64,000 nucleotides of DNA, taken from NCBI GenBank assembly GCA_964106645.2, contig OZ067039.1; one strand, written 5' to 3'. The translations under genes were made by a program, and so were the position numbers. A model generated the notes under the pieces. That model was not told the DNA's origin. It saw only the letters and a program-made list of their open reading frames with translations, and made no database searches. The DNA comes from Podarcis pityusensis (taxonomy: Eukaryota). Shown piece by piece: positions 25,880 to 37,585 of this stretch. Each line of letters begins with the position of its first letter. Position 1 is the stretch's first letter.

Positions 25880-26620
25880 CCTCCACATTAGATTTCTGCA
25901 ATGTGTTGTATGTGGGGATGCCTTTAAAGATTGCTTAGAAATGGCACTTAGTGCAGAATGCAATAGTCAGGTTACCAACAGGGCCTGCAGAAGTTGTAAA
26001 ACCACTCCACTGACTGATGGTGCATTTCCAAGCAAATTTCAGAATCCTGGTTCTTACCTAGATTTATACGGCTTAGGATATGGGGACCACATCAATCTGC
26101 CCACATGCTAAGATCACATTTGATGGCTCTTTTCTGGCTGACTCACCTTCAGTGATTATTAGGTGGGGTCTGCTGGTGAACTAACAGAGAGAGGACCTTC
26201 TCGGTTGTGGTGCTTGCCTGGTAGTGGAGGCTGGTTCATTAGAGCCAACAGGGCACTGCCAGCCTCTTCCTCCAGTCTCAGGTTTGCCCTTGTAGAACTC
26301 AGCAGGGAGTGGGACAAAATGAGAATTTGCTGGCTCCACCTGTCATTGGCTCCACCTACTGTTGCCTGCCCTGCCTTCTGCCCTACCAGTCTCAGTGGGC
26401 ACAACTGTTTCCCTGGCATCAACTCTTATGTCTTTTTGGCACAAGTCAAATATAAGCCATGCCTTTTAACATCGCTGCTGCATTTGGCTTTTATCTGCTA
26501 CGTGCTGCAGGTTTATGTTTTTAGAGCTCTGCAATTTTATTGTGGTTAGTTGCATTATTGATTTTATTCTTTTAATTGTTCTCACTTTGTAATCCACCCT
26601 GGAAGAGATAATGTGAAATG
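25880..26620 (+). mobile_element. Degraded L2 LINE 3' region interrupted by a hAT-like MITE (~26222-26407)
   Basis: L2-like segments (TATGTGGGGATGCCTTTAAAGA; GACCTTCTCGGTTGTGG) flank a TAGTGGAGGCTGG...ACAACTG insert. Confidence 0.5.
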
Positions 26621-27514
26621 GTGGCAGACTGGCGCACACATGCACCTACATGTACACTGGACCCAAAATCTTTAGGGGCAAGACCGAAGATCCCTTATGT
26701 GGCAATTTATATATAAACTGCCCCAGGTCTTGTTCTGACAGGCAAATGACACTATGAACCCTGCAATGTTTTCTTGAGAAATCAGAACCCAAAGTGTGGC
26801 TTCCTTGATCATTGAAGCCCATGCAATTAAACCTGGCTGCCAGAACTCTGATCCAGTCAATCCGCCCATCAGGCTTCTCTTTTGCCATTAGTAGAGGTGC
26901 CTGACAGATGAAATGAGGAATGCACCTTAAACACTGAACTCCTTGAGATCCATCCAAAGTATTTAGGATTCATTCAATCTGAGTACTCAGGGCCCTTAGG
27001 AATAGCTTGCTCGCTTCAGATGAAGCATTTTAAGAAACCAATTTACTGCAAAATAAGGATGCTGTTTACAAAAGAAGACCTGGAATATGCTGGAGCAAAA
27101 GGAAAGCAAAAGGTCTACAAAACACACACAAGGAAAATATAACTCCTAGTTTAACACTTAGATTACATTACATTCCTAATCCTGAATTCAGACTAGTGTG
27201 GCCCCCTCCAAATGTTGTTGGGCTAAACTCCCAATACCCTGTAAGTAGTTTCTGCATGAATAAAGCCTTTGAACTCCAGAAACTGTAAATCATTATTCCA
27301 ATCTAATTCACCCAGGCTACAAGGTCTGCTAACAAAATAGAGGCATGTTAATGAGTGGCTCTCATATTTAGAAACTGGGTGTATGGCTTGAAGGAGTGGA
27401 TTCCTAGTTTGAGGATACTCCTGCAGAGGTGGTTTTGCTGTCAAAGAGTCTCTTTGACCATCTCTAGCTGGTGCACTAGCTTTGGTTATTTCTGGTACAG
27501 GACAGTCTTTGCAC

Positions 27515-27900
27515 CTAGGGACTAGATAACTGTAATGTGCCCTACATGGGGTTTCCCTTGAAGACAGCCCAGAAACTGCATCCAGTGAAGATTGCTGTTG
27601 CTTTGACAGGTGCTTCAGCAGGAAGTCATTTTATGGGATCTGCACTTGTTGCCTGCACTGGACTCAATTTAAGAAGTCAGTGTTAATTTTTAAAGACTTA
27701 AAAGGTCTGGGGCCCAGCTATTTGTCAGAGCACCTCCTCCCACATCTGCTTGCCCAGATCCTGGGGCCCTGCTCATTGTCCCTCCAGTAAGCATAGCTTT
27801 CTGGGGCAAGGCCTACTGTTGTGGTGCCCCACCTGTGGAAGATGACATTCTTGTTGGCATTCCATTGCCAAATAAAACACTATCTATTCTCCTGGGCTTT
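27515..27900 (+). mobile_element. Degraded L2 LINE ORF2 3' region
   Basis: AGGGACTAGATAACTGTAATGTGCCCTACATGGGGTTTCCCTTGAAGACAGCCCAGAAACTGCA encodes a typical L2 'RLDYCN.LY.GLP.KT.QKLQ' segment. Confidence 0.7.
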
Positions 27901-30194
27901 TGGAGGAAACTAATTGAGATTGTCAAAGACCATGTCTTATTTGATGCTGCTCTGTTTCATGATGACTGGTTCTATTGCTGATTGTGCTTTAATTGTTGTT
28001 TATACTGTTTTCATATCATGTTGGAAACCACCTTGTGATCACTTGTATAATGGAGGGTGGTACAGATGAGACCAATAGTGGGACCAACAGTCAATAAGGC
28101 AGTCACTGCATGTGCTGTAGAGGGAAATGAGGGGCAGATGGGGTTCATCAACCTGGAAAGGTAGCCCATCTGGGAGAAGAAGGATGTTTTGTATGCCTCC
28201 TTCCGGCAATTCCTGCAGCCAAGAGGGGTGATTCTGTTGTCTGGGCAGCCCAGAACCTCCATATGCACTGCCCTGGAGAACTATAGCAATAGTCTAAATA
28301 ACTAAATACAATTTAGCTAAGCACAATTATGCACATTTATGCACATGTGGAAAGCGATGTGGCTTCCAAAAATATATAACCAGAGAAGACATACAGATGT
28401 GCAACTCACATAGTAGTTTACACAGGTATAAACTTGTTTCCAGACAATGAGGTCTCTCTGTGTGTTTTTTTTAAAGTTATTTGTGAAGTGACCCTAATTG
28501 GTTTGAGCATGAGTTTTTGTATGGGATAGAGGGCCTTTGACCGTCAATTACCATCTGTGCCCTCAAGCATGATGATTTATCACTGTGCTCAGGGTTCATC
28601 AGCATGAATTATTCTGTCCCTGGATAATTCATTTGCTCACATGCACACTGCTGATTCCTCTTGGAATCTAGACACTTTCCCTGTGAAAGCAGGCTCCTTA
28701 GGGAAATTAAAAGGAGTGAAGGTCGCTTTATATGGTCACCTGATCAGATCGTTTGCCAAGGTGTGTGTTGTGTGGTTCTTTTATTGTCTTTGGTGACTCC
28801 CATGAACACGGAGGAATTCACACACAGTCAATGTAGAGCAGATGATCTCTTGACTGTGAGATTTAGGATGGCCACTTATTTATGCATTGCCAGAAAAGAG
28901 AAAATGCATCACCGGAGCATGACTTACATCCAATGTCCACAGGCTGGTTTCTATTGATGCAAACGCAGAACTAATTACCATAATCTAAACAGAAACCAGC
29001 ATCTCACCATAGTGCAGGAGTTTGTGACCAGATGACCTCAGTCTGCTGCTCGTGTCCTAACTGCTGATATGACTCTTCGGGGCCCTGTTGCTCTCTCTTA
29101 AGAGTTCTTTAAAATGGATTGGGGCAGGACTGCCTTCCAGACAGAGGATGCATTCAAAGAGAGGACTATCAGTTCTTCAAATAGAGAAGTGTTCTCAGTA
29201 AGGTAGGCCACCCAATGCGAGATGCTGTGATGAGCGACCAGTTTCGTCTCAGGCTCGGAGTGCTCCTCCTTGGGGCTACTAGACCTCCTCCTTTTTCACC
29301 TATGGACTGCACTGGAGGTAGAACCAAATCACTCCTCCAGTTCCTTGCAGTTGCAACAACCCCTTTAGCATACGAAGATTTACTTAATTACACCAGTAGT
29401 GCTATATGTCATGATAGTTAGCTATTGCATGCAATGCAGGAGGCATATCCAATCTATCCATACAGCTCCTCAAGGGCTTTTTTGATAAGCAGGCAGGTCC
29501 TGCCATAATTCCAATGTTTACACATGCTGACACCAAGAAGCGTGTGTGTTTGTGTTTATACAAGCACAAACTGATAGGGCAGCCACATCAAGGATGGATA
29601 CCTGTTGTGCTCAGCACGGCTGCTCTTCCATCTTTTGTTTAGAACAGGTGGAAAAATCTTGTCGAGGTGTTTTATTAGCTCGCAGATTTTGCAGCAAGAG
29701 AGCCAACAGGCTATGGCTTATGCCAGCAACACAGAAGGAATTTCTAAGAGGTACTAGGTGGAAAATGCCTGGCTTTTGTTTCTGACTCAAGATTTCTGCC
29801 AGCCCTTCAGGGTCTTGCTTGTGATGACAGAAGAACTGCAAGGCGAGATGGCAGAAGTGCAACAAACTCAGCAAGTTTGGATACGGACATTGTCCTGGAG
29901 TCATTGGCCCTGATCCAACACCATCTTAGGCACGCTTAAGCTCATTATATTCAGTGGGCTTAAACATGCCTAACTGAGTGTAGGATTTAGGCATTTGTAC
30001 GACAGCAGTCAAGCTGATCCTGTCTTGGCATGTTGGGGACAGAGATCGTCGTTTATCCTCTAGAAACGCTATCTGCTCTGACATCAACTTTAACGATGGC
30101 TTGTTGCATACTCAACTTTAATACAGAAATGTGTCCAGGTCCCAAAAAATTATAGAAAAACCACCTGTACACCAGGAAGACACCACTGAAAAGG

Positions 30195-30478
30195 AGGAAA
30201 AGAGAACAAAAACCCCAGGTGCTTGAAAAAGGGGATGTTACAGGTTCTACGTCTTTCATAATGATCCTTCCTCGGGGGCAGGTTCTAAGTAGGAATTCTC
30301 ACCAAGTACATAAACCACTACAGTAACTCATTTGGTAAATTAGTTGCTATAATGGTTTATGAACTTGGTGAGACTTGCTACTTAAAACCTACCCTCGAGG
30401 AAGGATCATTCTGAAATGCTTGGGGCCTGTAATAAACCCTTTTTTCCCAAACACCTGGAGTTTTTCCTCCTATTTTCT
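30195..30478. repeat. Long imperfect palindrome, probably an ancient palindromic DNA-transposon-derived repeat
   Basis: Ungapped core 30254-30333 pairs with 30337-30416 (69/80 matches, 3-nt loop GGT); the arms extend ~60 bp further with gaps. Confidence 0.85.
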
Positions 30479-30747
30479 CACCAAATTTATTTCCTGCCAA
30501 AACTATCTGCGGGTTGCTTTTATTTTTACTGATGTGGAAACTACATTAGTAGTTCATATGTAGACGTCTTCATTCAGCATAGCGTTGTGATCACATGAGA
30601 GGCACTTGTTTGATTCTTGGTGCTAGGGAAAGACATGCTGGAACAAAGTCAAGGAAAACTAAGCCTTCAAAACGAGGTTGTTGTGGGAATACAGGCATGG
30701 TTTGAGCAGCCATGATATACTCCTGAAACGTCTTGTTGCACAGCTGG

Positions 30748-31230
30748 GTTGGCATCCGTCTGTCTCAGGGGACAATGAAGGAATGTGCCTTTGCAGGTGA
30801 AGTCAAAGTGTTGGAATGCCTGTTGTGGCTGCAGAGACCAATACGGGAGAGACATGCTTTGTTGCAGCTGGGGCAGCTGAAGGTGTCCGGTTCTGCTGCT
30901 GCAGATGTATCATGGTGTGTCTGCACTCCTGCATCTCTGCACTCCTTCCAGTGGTCATTCCTCTTCTGGTCACTGTTATGCATGCATGACCTGACTGTCT
31001 GCCTCTAGGCACTGCGATATCTGCAAGGCATTCCCACATGGCATGGTTGATGTCGCCAGCCTTCACATGACATTTTCGGACATCTTTGTAACACAGAGTT
31101 GGTCCTCCAATGGGCCTGGTGCCAGAAACCAGCTCCCTGCAGAGCATGTCCTTGGGGATCCTGCAATCTTCCATCCTGCCGACATGACCAAGTCAGCATA
31201 GGCGTCACTGAGACAGGAGTGTTAACATGC
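30748..31230 (-). mobile_element. RTE-clade LINE 3' end (second family)
   Basis: SMLTLLSQ*RLC*LGHVGRMEDCRIPKDMLCRELVSGTRPIGGPTLCYKDV and C-terminal CPSCNKACLSRIGLCSHNRH; 3' end ...GAGACAGACGGATGCCAAC. Confidence 0.88.
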
Positions 31231-33244
31231 ACAATGCACCTTAAACTAAACACCTGAGAAAACAATAGCCATTGCCTCCTGTGAATGCAATCACAATAAT
31301 ATAGCCGAAATAGTGTCAAGTAATTCTCCTTATGGTGCCCTTCAGATCTTGCTGGACTGCAGTTTCCATCATCCTTGACCATTGACCACGCTGGGTGGGA
31401 CTGATAGGACTGAGGGCACCACATTGGCCATCTCTGCCCTCGAGGCTATCAAACAGACATGAATATATTACTATGGTACTGCTCATACATGTTTTAAGAA
31501 TAGCCGTACACAGTATTAGGGAGTATGGTATTTTTTTCCTAAGTAGGACAGCTTTCAGTGAAGTCGCATATCCCAGAGATTCCCTCAGAGGAAGTAGGCA
31601 TACCCTCTGTACCAAGAACAGAGGCACTTCTGTGAGCGGGGAGAATGGACCCTCCTTCCATATGAATGTTCACACGAGGAAAGAGGACAGCAATGAGGGT
31701 ATTACTCCCCTGCTAGGGACTTATAAGTTGTTGAACCAGTGCTAACAGTTCATTTGAACAAACAGCTCTAGGCATCAAGAGAAACACACCTGACTGGCAA
31801 TGGCCAAAGATTGGAACGCAAGTGCGCTGTTTGGTGTTGTTCACATCTCATTTTGACGGCTCCCTGGCACAATATATGCCAAACCTTAAGCACAGGTTTG
31901 GCATGCGCTGTGCAAATACAGCCATCAAAATGTGCTAATTCTAATTCTAGAACAAATAACATCTTCATTACAACAGCCCAGGAACAGTCTATGTGTACGA
32001 GGAGCACAAAAATAAGAAGATAGATGAGTGGGAAAGATGTAATCCCAGAAAGCAGGATGTGTAGCCAAGCTCCGGAGAAGGTTTGCCAACTCATAAGTGG
32101 ATGTATTAATCTGGTCAGAAATAAGTGTAAAGTGCAGCATTTTAATGCTGGTAGTATCGTCCATTGAGAACAACCGACAGAGCAGCAATATGCGATTTTT
32201 GCAAGCCACGAGTGGCTAGAGGAACAGGGAGAGGAAAACACAGCGTAAAATATGGGCTTCTCCAATTGTTACTCTTCATGTTTTCTTTTGATTGTGTGAT
32301 AAAGGAAGAGCAGTAAATGAGATACTCATTTCATTTCATGGCAAAATAATGAAAGTGCAAGATGCGAAGTATGAACAGCCACATCAACAACGGAACTACA
32401 ATCAAGTGCACAAAGAGGCTATAGATACATACACAAACTCCACTATCCAGGTTATGGGTTGTCGTTTTTCTTGCTGATGGCAGCAGCTTGGGAGGCTGAT
32501 GCAGTATCTCCCCTCAAAGAAACTGTAACTTGTTCTTGGAGAAGAACTACTGCTCCATAAGAATGGATTGCCCCAAAAAGCAAACAAATAAAAACATCGT
32601 CATGCAAGTACCTTGCTTTGATTCAATAGCACTTTCCATCTGCAGCTAAATCAGAGCTTCAGCTAAGCAATCTTGCTATTTTGTATTCTTCATATATGCT
32701 TGACTCTGTGTTCTGTTCCCTTTTCTCTAAAAAAAATTCCATTTTTAAATATAAAAAATGTTTGCCGTTCATTACTCAGAAAACCCAAACTACTTGGTTC
32801 TGTTTTACTTAAATAATAAGCCATTAGGAAGATGGACATTGTAGAGCCACAACATGTAAAATTAGAAGTCAGCTATGTGGTCTTCATCCCGCTTGCAGGC
32901 GCCACTTTTGCATCAACCAGCTACTCCTTCCTGAAATTAAAATTAAGCATGGGGCAGTTGGGTAGCAGGTCCACTGACAGAGCTGGTGGCGTAAACAGTA
33001 GTTGCGACTCCAGCGATGACTGAGATGACAGCATAAATGCCGATTAGCCTATTGGCGTGTTAAAAGCCATCTCAAGGACTGGATCAGAGTGGGAGAGGCA
33101 CAATCTGGCTGAGCATGATGAGACTGAGAGTCAGGATTTCCCCTGAATTTTCTGTAGGTGGGCAGGTGGGTTGGGGAAAATATTTGAGGGCTAGTGGAGA
33201 AGGGAGGCTGGATTCTTAGCCCTTGCATGGAGTGTGTGTCTTAT

Positions 33245-33461
33245 TTCTTTATATATTGCATTTATATCCCACCTTTTTCTCCAAGGAGCTCAAGATGTGT
33301 CGTCCCCACTTCCTCATTTAGTCCCCACAACAAACCTGTGAGGTAGGCTAAGAGCCAGTGACTGGCTCAAGGTCACCCAGGGAGCTTCATAGCTAAGTGG
33401 GGATTTGAACCCTGGTTTCCCAGGTCCTAGTCAAAACTCTAACTGCTACACCACACTGGCT
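33245..33461 (-). mobile_element. MIR/CORE-like tRNA-derived SINE
   Basis: Reverse complement starts GCCAGTGTGGTGTAGCAGTTAGAG (A box) ... GGTTCAAATCCCC (B box); related copies at ~50985-51232 (-) and ~58145-58330 (+). Confidence 0.75.
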
Positions 33462-33905
33462 TGCATGTTTGTATGGCCTGCCCTTCTTAGAATGTGGATC
33501 TTTATCCTACCCCCAAGAAACTAACAGGGCATTTCCCTGATGATGAGAGGTGCTTCTTTCACCCACAAGGTGTTGTGAAGTGGCTTGAGTGTCCCAAAGG
33601 GTCTTTTTAACATTGCACTGAGGAGATCAGAGAACTGGCATGGATCTGTCTTGACTCTGGTAATGCCATTTTCCAAGTGGCTCGTGGGCAGGGGGGGGGG
33701 GCACGGGACACATAGGAATCATACACAGGCAATGTTTGATCCTTTCTGGATTAGTGCTTTGGTGGGTTAGAGGAAGGATGGAAATTCTGGCTCTCAGGAT
33801 CCTGACTACCCTCCTTGCGTGTTTTTGCCTGGCCTACATGTCCCCAAACCCCAATAATGCATTTTGCAGTCCTGGATGGCGTGCACGCAGAAACTAGCCT
33901 ACTCT

Positions 33906-33994
33906 AGAGGCAAATGTGGGCAGAGCAATGGGCATAAATTTAACCTTGTGTAAAGGTTAAATTTACGCCCATTGCTCTGCCCACTTTTGCCTCT
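33906..33994. repeat. Near-perfect 42-bp inverted repeat with 5-nt loop
   Basis: 33906-33947 pairs with 33953-33994 with 2 mismatches. Confidence 0.95.
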
Positions 33995-34272
33995 GGCCTT
34001 GCCCAGCACCGAGATCTGGCCCCTAGAAGGTTGGCCAAGAGGGAATGTCACCCTTGGGCAGAGAAAGGATTCTCCACCCCTGGGCCACAGCAACCAGAAC
34101 CTTTGCAGACGCAGAGAGCAGCCCTTTCTCTAAGCCAGAGCCTATCCAGAGGCAAAGGCACAACTGGGAGAAAAGCAGGCTCCTCCAGCAAGGAGAGCTA
34201 ATGCAAGTCCATATATAGCAGTTCGATCTGTAAGAGGTGTCCCTTCCACTCAAGGTTTGTATTAGTATTGTT

Positions 34273-34275
<3 letters not shown>

Positions 34276-34311
<36 letters not shown>
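34276..34311. repeat. (AAT)12 microsatellite
   Basis: Direct count. Confidence 0.97.
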
Positions 34312-34312
<1 letters not shown>

Positions 34313-34375
34313 TTTCAATTCAGCTTCCTAGTTGCTTCCACAGCCAATTCAAGGTGCTGGCTTTTACCTTTAGTT

Positions 34376-34569
34376 CATAGGAGCCAACTCCTAGGGCTGA
34401 GGGGGCTTCACCCCCTCCCAATAAAATATTTGAAGGGACCAGGCCCCCCCCAAAGTTGATGGTCATTGCCATTCAAATGGAGCATGTGCACCAACCACAT
34501 CATGTGATCGATTATGCAAGGCGAGGCCTACCTGGGCCCCCCAATATTTTATTCAAGTTGGCACCCCTG
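34376..34569. mobile_element. hAT (Tip100-like) MITE
   Basis: TIRs CATAGGAGCCAAC / GTTGGCACCCCTG; flanks CTTTAGTT and CTTCAGTG (6/8 TSD). Confidence 0.75.
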
Positions 34570-34728
34570 CTTCAGTGACCTGGGTTCAAGTTTTCTTAAG
34601 GACCGTCTCCTCCCATACAAGCCCACCTGTTCCCTCTGGCCTTCTGTTGAGGCCCTGCTTGGTATTCACCCGCCATCTGACATGAAGTGAACCACAGCCT
34701 TTTCAATCATGGTACCCAGCTTCTGGAG

Positions 34729-34865
34729 TAGAGATGGGTGACTTGTGGCCCTCCAGATGCTGTGGGACTCCCATGAGTCCCCAGCCAGCAGGGCCAACAG
34801 TCAGGAACGGTGGGAGTTATTGTCCAGCAACATCAGGGTGTGTGGATATACATTCCCCACCCCAG
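34729..34865. mobile_element. Short palindromic hAT MITE
   Basis: Self-complementary GGCCCTCCAGATG..ACTCCCAT..TGGGAGTT..CAGCAACATC body; flanks TTCTGGAG / CTCTGGAG (7/8 TSD). The family recurs at ~21155, 38907, 39924, 44400, 47060, 50660, 55826 and 59430. Confidence 0.75.
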
Positions 34866-37224
34866 CTCTGGAGGTTCTTCCTCAGGAAGGTAATGTCACC
34901 TCATTGCTTCTCCTCTCCTCTTCTTGCATGTGAGGTGGGGCTCTTAGCCGGATTCTGACACTGTTAGTTTTTTTCTCCTCCTCCTCCTCCCGTGCCTCCT
35001 TGCTGATTTTCAGTATTTAAGCTCTTGCTGCTATCGTAGTTGTTGCTTTAATGTTAGTGGTTCAATTGTTGATTTTATGTTTATATCTGACTTTTAATTT
35101 TGTTAGCTCCCGTGAGTGCTTTTGTTAAAGGAGAAAGGCGGTGCAGAAGTGGTTTAAAATAAATAAAATATAACAAATGACTGCCTCCCTGCAGCAAGCA
35201 GAATGGGATTTTGTTTAAAGGCAGCCCAGGAGATAAAAGTAATCTTGCCCACATGCATGGGAGCTGAGTGACTCATGGTCCCTCTGAGATACATGAAGGG
35301 CCCTTCCTGGCAGACATTTGCGTTGGGAAATTCACACACACTGAGATCCAGAAAGGGAATCTGGAGATTTAATTGCAGTCTGTGGGCAAGGTTTGAAGTC
35401 GCCATTGTCTCGGTCTCTCTTCAAGCGCAGGCTGTGGTGTCACTGCAACAGCGTCTCACACTGGGATGGCTCCCCTCCTAGGTGGAAGCTTTGCAGCTCT
35501 GCTCTGCTACATAAGAATCAGGAAATTGTTTTGCTGTGTTCTTTTTAATCCACTGCTTCATAATGCCTGGTGTTGCTACTTTGCCCCTTGAGCTTTTCCT
35601 TTCCGCTTCCATTGTGTTTATTTTTAATGAGATTTTAGGTAGTAAATAAAGGACAAAAGAGAGGGATGGTCTCAAATCAATTAACCCCAGGCTTAAAAAT
35701 GGCTCCAGCAGGTCAGGATTTAGGAGTGCCAGTATGGGAGCTAAGACGGCAGTGGCGCTGCAGGTAGAAATTGGGGGGCAGAGGCAGTAGGTGGTTGGGT
35801 GGGACTGGGCGGGGACAGGACAGGATGCTTGCAAAGTTTCAAAGTGAGGGTGAAGCTTATTGCTGTTCGCCTCTACCACTTCTTTCTATATGCCTTCTTT
35901 TGAGTCTCTATAACTCTCTGCATGAACCCCACATTTCTAGTCCTTATGCTGAAAGCTGTCCAAGCCTCCACTCCTGTCCCTACTCACTCCCAATGTACAC
36001 TCTCTGTACAAACCCCAAATGTTTCCAAGCCCACTTTAACTCTTTTTCTCCTTTCCATTTCTACAAAAATGGAATTCTACCTCCTTTGGGATTTTGCTTC
36101 CAGCAGCGGACACCCAGACACCTCCAGGAGCTCTAGCCGCAGCTAGCAGAGAGGAGCACCACTGATGGAGGGCAGGTGATCTTCACTTTGACAGAGACCC
36201 AAGCTCTGTTTAAGCAAGTGGGAAGGTTCTCCCAGTGGGTCTCCCACAGGCTTTAAAGTCTTGAAAGACAGCATTTCAGGGCAGGGCGCTGGCAGTGTTC
36301 AAAAACTAGTCAGACGCAAGGCACATTCTGCACCTGATTATCGGCCACTTGGAACCAAGTGAAGACGTCTCGGTGCCAAGGTGGTGCCTGTCATCTCCAA
36401 CATCTGGAGGTGCATGCCAGGGGATCCTTAGATCTGGACTGTGTTCACACACTAATATCACATGCTGTGGGAATAGGCCACATATATATGTGGACTTTCC
36501 CTCAATAGAGTGACATTTCTTCTTTAAGTTCTCAAAGTTTTTAACCCAGATGAAGGTTGTCATCTGAACATTTGAAAAATAAGACTTTAGGGCTGTCTTG
36601 CTCAAAAATGGCAACTGAACATACTGTTTTGGCAATTGTAACCCTGGTTTAAGGAGCCATTTGGTGCCTAGCTTATATATCTGAATTTCTAACACTGGCA
36701 CTGAGGCCTTGGATCCAGGGGATCCAATGCCCTGTAGATCTCCTGAGGCCTTCTGCTGTGCTAGCCCTGGAGCTGGCAGAGTGTAAAATGGAAACTAAAA
36801 CAACAACCACCCTGCCCCATCTCCTCCTGTCCTGACTAGCAAGAGCTAGCAGGTCTTGGGATGTGGCAGCGACTTCAGCACTCCCATCTTCTCTGGCCCT
36901 AGTTAGGATTGCTCTGTAAGGGTGCAATCCTAAGCACCCTTTACATGGGAGGAAACCAGACTGAATGACTTAGGGTTTACTTCTGAGTATGCATGCCTAC
37001 GACCGTGGGATCAGTCATGAAGGGGATGGATAGCCCCTTAACTTAATGTAATGTTGTTTGTCCCCAGCACCCAGTGCCCAAAGCTATACTCCCAAAGAGC
37101 ACTAGAAAAAATAATAGTAATAGTAATTATTATTAATAATAATGCACAAGAGGTTTGGTTTAAATAACATAGGTAATAGCTGTTAAAAGAACCATCACTG
37201 GTGGATTTGTCTATATTTTTTTTA

Positions 37225-37585
37225 AAAAACAATCTAAGATAATGACCACCATCACATCTTGTGTAGTGGATTTCATAAGTTAATTATGCACTGGGTGAAG
37301 TACTTCATTTTGTCTGTCCTAATATTATGAGAGAGGAAGATGGGGGCTACTCTCTCCAAACCATTCATAATTATATAATGTCAAGTCCATGCTCAGTCAT
37401 CTTTTTCTTTTTCTTTTTTAACTAAAGCAAAAACTAAAAAGCCCCAGACTCTTTAGCCTTTCCTCGGAGAAAGGGTATTCCAAAGCCTTGACTGATTTAT
37501 TGAATTGCCACTTTCCCAGCTCTCTGATATCCTTTTCAAGATGGAGTGACCAGAACTGCACACACTGTGGCAACACTTTATGTGG
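37225..37585 (-). mobile_element. CR1 LINE ORF2 fragment
   Basis: CVQFWSLHLEKDIRELGK..VKALEYPFSEERLKSLGLFSF is typical of CR1. Confidence 0.8.

Larger units (their letters stand above)
34335..35170 (+). mobile_element. L2 LINE 3' region interrupted by two hAT MITEs
   Basis: L2 segments CAATTCAAGGTGCTGG..ACCTTTA / CTTAAGGACCGTCTCCTCCCATA / GCCTTTTCAATCATGGTACCCAG and an AATAAATAAA-type tail near 35160. Confidence 0.7.

Noticed and set aside
32180-32215. Minus-strand HSWLAKIAY resembling a hAT/Buster transposase motif (WL.KLAYL.DIF)
   Set aside because: The following residues do not match and no other hAT motifs are colinear.
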